A stretch of DNA of 64,000 nucleotides from Octopus vulgaris (taxonomy: Eukaryota), in the NCBI GenBank assembly GCA_951406725.2, contig OX597815.1, positions 148,366,001 to 148,430,000 of the forward strand. The letters are read 5' to 3'. The number at the start of each line of letters is the position of its first letter. Position 1 is the first letter of the stretch. This document shows positions 55,930 to 64,000 of this stretch, in pieces. The translations under genes were made by a program, and so were the position numbers. Below the pieces are notes generated by a model. The model had not been told where the DNA came from. It did not search any database and worked only from the letters and a program-made list of their open reading frames with translations.

Positions 55930-56725
55930 ATGTGTGTGTGTATGTGTGTGTGTGTATGTGTGTGTGTATGTATGTGTGTGTGTATGTGCGTATAAAAATC
56001 AAAATAAGTAACAGGATGTCAAGTATTAGTACAATACGACTGTTTCAAGCGCCTCCATTTAACTGAACGTTGCAAGCATTATAGCAATTTAAATACAGTG
56101 CTATTTTCAGTTGCAATAAACATAGAATTTCAACGGAGAGGACATATTAAAATAATTTTTCTGAAACATTTTGTCAGAACTAAAATCAGAAATATTTTCA
56201 TGCTGCCACCATTACAGCCACTATAAGGAGGCGAGCTGGCAGAATCTTTCATCCTTTCAGGGTCAATAAATTAAGTACCAGTTGCGTACTGAGGTCGATC
56301 TAATCGAATGAACGCATCCCCGAAAATTTCAGGCCATGTGCTTAGAGTAGAAAAGAACTATTACAGGAAGAATAATCTAAGGGAAGAACTACAATTTTGG
56401 AGTGGTACGGAACATAGCAAGGGACATATGATTATAATTCATTTGTAATTCCTTTTTTATCACCAACAAAAGTTCTAAGGCTAGAATACTATATTTATTG
56501 AGAATAGAGAAGACACTGAGTCGACAGCTCTGGTCATAAATAAATATTACTCGATATTTCTCCTATTCCTTAATTTCTTAATGCCATAAATACACTCCAC
56601 CATCCAAAAAGAACGAAGGAAAATTTAATTTCCTACTGTCAAAATGTTCTCCACGAAAAGATATATACTTTAAAGGAGTCAATTATTTAACAATAAAAGC
56701 TCATAAAAGAAGTAAGGTATACATA

Positions 56726-56761
<36 letters not shown>

Positions 56762-57801
56762 TGTATGTATGTATGTATGTATGTATATACAACTATATAG
56801 TTTTCAAGATTTCATGTGTCATTGTTTCATACATCCATGTGTGTGTGTGGAGAGGGGGCAGAGTAATGGATAGAGATAGGGCCAGATAAAGTTATGTGTA
56901 TACATTTCTGATCCTAACCTAACTAGGCATTCATATACGACATCTTTTTTATGTATTATTGTATTATTTTATCAGAAAAAATGTGATATAATCATGTTAG
57001 TATGTTATTTATAGGTTTGATAGAAATGCTAAGACTGTGCGCTATTTATGTGATCGTTACTCCTAAGTTTAACGTATTTATCTCTCACATTGTCAGAATT
57101 GTTACTGCAGTGCTCCTTTCATTGCATAAGTAAATTTCCTTTTGCTTATGTACTGCGTTTGTATTCCTGTTCTGACGATGCATTTTGTTATATACTGCAC
57201 ACTCGTTGACTTAATTTTGTTGCGGATGTAATATGCGTATCTCTAATTGCGAAGATTTATATATTTTTCACGATATGTACGTAAGTGTTCTACTGCTAAC
57301 TGAACACTCTAAATGTGAGAGAATTATGCTAATATATTACTAATGTATCTCATTAAAAATGCCTAGAAATCACGCCGTTACTGTTATACACAATTTCACT
57401 TTTCATTATGTATCTACTGGTAACAGAACTATGCAGATATTTGAAGAAATTAAAGCTTCACTTAATCAGATTTGTTTTTCAGTTCTTTTCTATTTTGCAT
57501 ATATTTGTTGGATTAAAAATAAAGAAAAAATATATTTTATATATTTTTCTTTTATACGTGCGTAAATATATGACTATGTTTTAAGAGGAATGGCATCTTT
57601 TCAGTGATACGTTAGGTGTGCAAAATTAAAATTTTATTCAGACATATCTTATTCCTGCTTAAACCTATCAAACACTTAATTCGATCCTTATCTATATTGG
57701 AAATCATTTCGTGATAGTAGCATACACTGAGAAGCAAGCACGGGCAACAGCTAACTCGCACTAAACTATGTTAAAGATATTCGTTGCTTCCATTATGTTT
57801 C

Positions 57802-58019
57802 AGTTCGGCAGATACAACCACACACATCCGTATGTATATACATGTATATATGACCGCGTGTGTACCGTTGGCGATTTTTTTTTCCTCTGTCTTCCCTTCT
57901 CTGGATCTTTTAGTTCGGCAGATACAACCACACACATCCGTATGTATATACATGTATATATGACCGCGTGTGTACCGTTGGCGATTTCTTTTCCTCTGTC
58001 TTCCCTTCTCTGGATCTTT
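57802..58019 (+). repeat. ~110-bp tandem duplication (2 copies)
   Basis: agttcggcagatacaacc...ctctggatcttt starts at both 57802 and 57912. Confidence 0.92.
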
Positions 58020-58194
58020 CCTTCTCATATGTTTCCGACGGAGGGCTCCGCTCGAAATGTTAAACCCTCCTTCTTTCCTTCTTTCCTGAGCGGCCAATAA
58101 TGCTATATTTTTTCCACGTCCTCTCGTTGTTGTGTTTTTCTGCTTTCTTGTTTGGATTAACTTTAAATATATATATATATATATATATATTATA

Positions 58195-58640
58195 TTATAT
58201 GTAGAAAAATACAAACTGGGAGAAGAACGTAAAACATTTAGAATACGATACAAAAAATAGGGCATTCGAAGCCTTCAATCTTCAGTCAAGAACCGGATCA
58301 TCCTAGTAATTTCGTTCGGCTGATTAATATTGAGATCGCTCCGATCCGGCTAGCCCCAAGGAAAAACTAAGCTACGAGCATTAGATTTCTTGGAAAAATG
58401 ATCGAATGTATACGAAACAGGGACAGAAAAACGGACGATGCCACACGAATATAACATACAAAAACAATAATGGTAAAAACGGGACAAAAACAGCAGGTGT
58501 CTTACGACTAATAGACAGTGCAACTTAGTTTAGCTGGCGTATTTAGAAAAAAATGCCTTTTTCGGCAGACGAAGACAACGATCTTCTCATGGCGCTGGTT
58601 AGAAGTCGAAAGGCTGGTTGACCAGGGGTCACGTGAGAGA
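58195..58640 (-). mobile_element. Repeat family D copy
   Basis: cattcgaagccttcaatcttcagtcaagaaccggatcatc is the reverse complement of the family D core. Confidence 0.8.
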
Positions 58641-58796
58641 AGAGAGAGAGAAAAGAAAGGGGGTAGGGGAATCAAAGAGAGAGAAAAAGAGGGACGAAGG
58701 CAACAAAAGGGGGAGAAGAGAGAGAAAGAAAGAAATAGTGGGGGACGAACAGAGATACAAATAACAAACACACACATGCATATACATATAAATATA

Positions 58797-58835
<39 letters not shown>

Positions 58836-59043
58836 GTGTTCGTCCCCCACTATTTCTTTCATGCATGATACAGCAGAGGAGGAGATTTAATTATTTAATT
58901 TAGTGGTTCGGCAAATGAGACCGATAGAATAAGTACAATCTTACAAATGATAAATACTTGGTCGATTTGTTCCACTAAAGGAGGTGCTCCAGTATGGCCG
59001 CATTGAAACGACTGAAACAAGTAAAATAGTAATTGAATAAAAT

Positions 59044-59079
<36 letters not shown>

Positions 59080-60146
59080 TGTATATATATCTAAAAATAT
59101 ATATTAATATATAATGAACAATGAAATGTGATCATCAAAAGGTTTGGGTCTTCGCATGAGAAGCATTTATGTCTGAAGTTGGTTATTATCATCAGCCATT
59201 TTTCATTTACGATTCCTTCCCTTCCAACGCGCGTTTTTCTTGTGTCTGAGGAGTTGCTACCTCTGTGGCAAATAAGACAAACCAGTCAATATATTTATGT
59301 TTGTGTACACAAACTTTCACAACCACGTATATATGTGAGCGTGAGTATATGTGTGTGTAATTATTTATAAGTGTATGTTTGTAGACACGCGTATGGGAAA
59401 GAAAGACAAAAGAGTGATAAAGAGAATGGAAAATTTAATTACTCTCAGTTATTTTTATCATTGCGATTAGGTATACAGACATAGGTGCCAGGTATCTGCG
59501 CTCTACGTAAAATGAATAAGTTCATGTATTTACATTTACCTGACATATGTATAACTTTATAAAATAATATGACTAGTATTCGTTCTAGATATTCTTTAAA
59601 TCAATTACCACATCAATCTTTTTTTTAATTTTATGTGTGCGTACTGTATACAAACGCATGCCATCAAATAATGGCATGTATATTTTAGTCTAACAGCATT
59701 AGACGAAAACAGAAGTGCACTTCCTAGTTTTATATTTTCTCTTGCAATATATTAAAACATAGATTAGTGTGATTTAAATACATTTAAATATAAATTTATT
59801 GTATCTCTCTTAGAGATCAATATATGTAAATATAATTCAAATTAATTGTATATCTGAGTGTATGTATCTAAATCAACTATTCACTTATTCTCTTTGTGAA
59901 CCAATGTTCAAATGTAATGAATAACATTCAATATTGTAGTCACAAACACATTACCTTCGTTTTGTGTTGTACAGAAACACAGTCTATATTTTTATGGTAA
60001 TTTGGATCTTCTTGGTGCAGATTAATAATACGGTTGTGTTACAGTTGGTGATGAAAAATTATGTACCTGAATTGAGAATGATCTGTCAAATATATATACC
60101 TCCAACGTTTTAAAGATTGCGTATAGGTTCATGTGGACAAACATAC

Positions 60147-61195
60147 TGATATGGAGGTCAGTGCTGAAAAAGAAAATAAAGAGTGATATGACCTACTTTT
60201 GCTGGTTCGTAGTCTGAAAGTCTGGGATATAAAGTTATTGCCTTTTGTTCTGCCATTTTCTAGAAAGATTAACGAGTTTCGAAGAGACCTCTGCCCTTTT
60301 CCGGTCAAAGAAGGATCGCGGAACCACCCCTTTAAAATGCGGGAGCTGTGATTTGGTTGGACAGTCGGGAACAGAGCGAGTTGGTGTCAGGTGGTTCTGC
60401 CGGAGACAGTGAATATGAAAGAGGAAGACAGGCAGATAGGATTAAAATGAGCGAGAGGATGACAGCGTAGAGGAAGACAGACAGATAAGCATTGGGAACA
60501 TGTGGAGCGAGAGAGAGGGATTACGGCGAGAGGGCATGGCTGTTCGTAGCGGGAGTTTGTAAACGAAGAAATGTAACGGTATGTGTTGTTTATGTTTTGA
60601 TGTAAATTGTGTTAAAAAAGAGTTGTTAAAGAAAAGAACTGAATTGTGTTAAAGAAAAGAATTGTTGAACTAAAAAAGAGAATTGATGTGAAAAAAAGAG
60701 AAAGAAGGAAAGAGGAAAAAGAAATGAAATTGTAAAGACATTGTGAATTAAGGAAAAGAGTTGTTGAAATGTAAAAGAAAAAGAAAGTGAAAGACTATAA
60801 TGGGATTTGAACATTGAACTGTATCGTGAATTGAACTGATTTGCCTCTGAACTGTATATTGTATCTGCATGCTTTGATCTTGTTAATTTTGTTGCATGTT
60901 ATTTTCTTTGATGTACCTGGTGTATTTTACATTGTATTTGATGTAGTAATGATTGTCATAAACTGGTGTTAAATGTAAGCCAATTGCCTTCCGCCGTGTC
61001 TCTCTGTATCTCTTCCTGCTGCTGTTGTTGTTGTTCTCTCCGGTTGCCGGTTGAGGAGTTCGCTGCCACCTTCCCCCACCGAGTTCTCTCCTTCCGTGGC
61101 GAATATCCCGTTCAATCGAGCCGGTCAATTGTCGTCGCTCGACTTGGTAGGGTCCCGGGTTTCCGAAGAGTTTGAGCGACGGTAGGTTCGTAACA
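60147..61195. mobile_element. Solo LTR (probably Gypsy/Ty3-type) with 4-bp TSD
   Basis: Begins TGATAT, ends GTAACA (TG...CA with an imperfect terminal IR). ATAC lies immediately on both sides (60143-60146, 61196-61199). GC-richer than flanks; no coding remnant. Confidence 0.75.
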
Positions 61196-62149
61196 ATACG
61201 TTCGAATTCAGTTGTGAATCCAATATGATTAATCTCATAAACCATAAATCCAATTAATTAGATGATAGCAAAAAGGGTTTGTATCAGGGATATATTATGT
61301 ACTGCAGTAAAATTATTTCTTTCATGCATGATGCAGGAGAGGCGATGATTTACCTTGTGTTTAATATAGCTATATCAAATATAGTTATATATTTAATATA
61401 AAACGCCATAGTTAATATAGTTCAGTCAAGTTTTTGATCATTATACATTTTTACACCCATTTTTTATATTTTCCTTAATAACACGTCTGTTTAATCTCAC
61501 TCTCCTAAAGAGTTGACACAGGTTAAGTTTTATACACTTTCAGCTATCGACTTCAACTTCGAAAACATGGCCAACACCAACAGTTACTAAAACAAATTCG
61601 CTAATTGCCTTTCACTTCTAAACGTTAATATCATAGAACACTCGCACATAACCGAAGAAAAATAATGTCAAGAAGTGATAGAGTAGTAACGTATACTAAA
61701 CGGGAAAGCGAAGATCCACATCGAAGCTATTTTGATTGTTGCAAATCAGTAACCGATTTAAACAGTAAAGTTGACGACCCTTTTTTTAAAAAGGATCATA
61801 TTTCAGGAATCGCCACAGTGCCGAAATACACATATACATAGTTACACATATGGAATAAGGAAGCATATAAATCCACGACGACGTATACCAAAAGGCAACA
61901 CAAATTATTGTAATCTCCAGGGAACATATAAATATATATACGTTACATATATATGCAACATCCCAAGTCTCAGTGAAAGCCAAGGAAACAAAACACAGCA
62001 AGAATAGACATGTACGGCATTTGCAAAACTTAGCGTAATACAGTTAATCGAGTAAATAACACAAATTCCCCATACATTAAGAAAAAAACAATTGTTCGTA
62101 TCTGATACGCTTAGGCCTTGATCCCATAGTGAAAATAACTATTGATATG

Positions 62150-62422
<273 letters not shown>

Positions 62423-62791
62423 TTAATAATAATGACAATACGAATGTTTTAAGTAATGAAAAGATGGATTTGGTACTGTTCTTTATTTTTCAATTCTTAT
62501 ACAAAATATGATGGTAATTAAAATTATGCCAATGTTTCCCTAACCAGACGAGCATATAAACATAACAGCAAAAACTGAGGATCTTAAGCGAGACACAACT
62601 TTATATATATGGATATACCCGCTGAGATCCAGACTGCAAAATGGTTGTAGCACGTTGAACGGAGTCAAATTCATAAGGGAGATTAGCAGGATGGGTCGAA
62701 ACAACTGTTGCATAAAATAAAGATTAATACTTAAGAATTTACTGTTATTATCTCAACACTGCGGAACACCCAAATTAGACCCATTAGTCCA

Positions 62792-62865
<74 letters not shown>

Positions 62866-62871
62866 GATGTA

Positions 62872-63703
62872 TGATGATCCGGTTCTTGACTGAAGATTGA
62901 AGGCTTCGAATGTCCCGTCCGTGTTTTTTGTGTCGTCATCAAAATATTTCGCGTTCTTGTCCCAGTTTGTATTTTTTATACATATATATATAGCGGCGTA
63001 CGTACGCTCTCTCTTATATGTTATTACACATTTCTCTAAACTCGGTGCAACTCAACACTGTCTCTCTCCCCCTCTCCTACATTCATTTGCCTTTCTTTGC
63101 ACTTCACTTTGTCTCTGTCCCTTTTTCTCGCTCTCTCTTTTCCTCCTCCTTAATTTCTTGTTCCCCTTTTTCTCTCACTTGTCCTCCTGCTTGATTCCTC
63201 TGTCACCTTTTTCCTCTGTCTTTTCTTTACACGTGACTGACTGACCGACTGCTGGCCTTTTGAGTCTAGCAGCAGTCGTGGTAACACCGACATTTTTTTC
63301 TGTCCCAAGGCACATTCCTAAGCTGCCAGCTAAGCTTAATTCGTTCTAGTCGAAGGACGCCTGTTCGTGATGTCCTGTTATTGTTATTAATATTATCATT
63401 ATTGTTTTTACGTATTATTATTGTTGTTTTACTTATTATTTTTGTATTCATATTCGTGTAACATCGTCCGTTTTTCTGTCCTTGTTTTGTATACATTCGA
63501 AGCTTTCTTCTGAGGAATCTAAAGCGCTTAGCTTAGTTTTTCCTTGGGGCTGGCCAGATTTGAACAATCTCAAGATTAATCAACCGAAATTACGAGGATG
63601 ATCCGGTTCTTGACTGAAGATTGAAGGCTTCGAATGTCCCGTCCGAGTTTTTTGTGTCGTCATCAAAATATTTCGCGTTCTTGTCCCAGTTTGTATTTTT
63701 TAT
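62872..63703 (+). mobile_element. Repeat family D in partial-tandem (pseudo-LTR-like) arrangement
   Basis: 62872-62980 is a near-identical direct repeat of the unit's 3' end (~63597-63703). Flanked by (TA)n and (CA)n. Confidence 0.82.
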
Positions 63704-63712
63704 ACACACACA

Positions 63713-63753
<41 letters not shown>

Positions 63754-63755
63754 GA

Positions 63756-64000
63756 AGACCCCCTTCGGTCATGAATGACCATGGGAATGCACCTAGAAAG
63801 TTACCCTCCTAGACACAAGTCCGGGCACGGTTGTTTATGGAAGACCAGCAGTCGCCCATGCATACCAGCCTCCCCTCTCCACGCCACCAGTGTTATCCAA
63901 GGGAAAGACAAAGGTCGATACAGCTTGGCACCAGTGACGTCGCAACTCATTTCTACAGCTGAGTGAACTGGAGCAACGTGAAATAAAATGCCTTGCTCAA
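63756..64000 (-). mobile_element. 3' part of a SINE/RTE-tail-type repeat, cut by the window end
   Basis: GC-richer block starting abruptly after (CA)n, with hairpin ggtcat-gaa-tgacc. Family assignment is from recall of similar cephalopod repeats only. Confidence 0.5.

Overview
AT-rich, microsatellite-saturated animal DNA, most likely octopus/cephalopod intergenic or intronic sequence (inferred from the SINE types, (TA)n density and TE mix). I find no host protein-coding gene; almost all listed ORFs are microsatellite artefacts. The window holds: a 5'-truncated Penelope-like element (PLE; RT + C-terminal GIY-YIG, Hydra-clade-like) with inverted pseudo-LTRs; two older PLE relics; four CR1-group LINE copies; RTE and Dong/R4 relics; two mariner relics; a MITE with an 8-bp TSD; a ~1.05-kb solo LTR with a 4-bp TSD; and many tRNA-derived SINEs. 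The most interesting signal is RNA-structural. There are several canonical or near-canonical minimal type I hammerhead ribozymes (HHRs). Three unrelated elements (~4.5 kb, ~1.4 kb, ~0.2 kb) share one architecture: an outward-facing inverted pair of HHRs inside TA-rich repeats, with one copy core-intact and the other damaged. A covarying CATGGCC-stem-GAAAC motif is shared by the 3' ends of four LINEs and a SINE family. All coordinates and alignments were read by eye.
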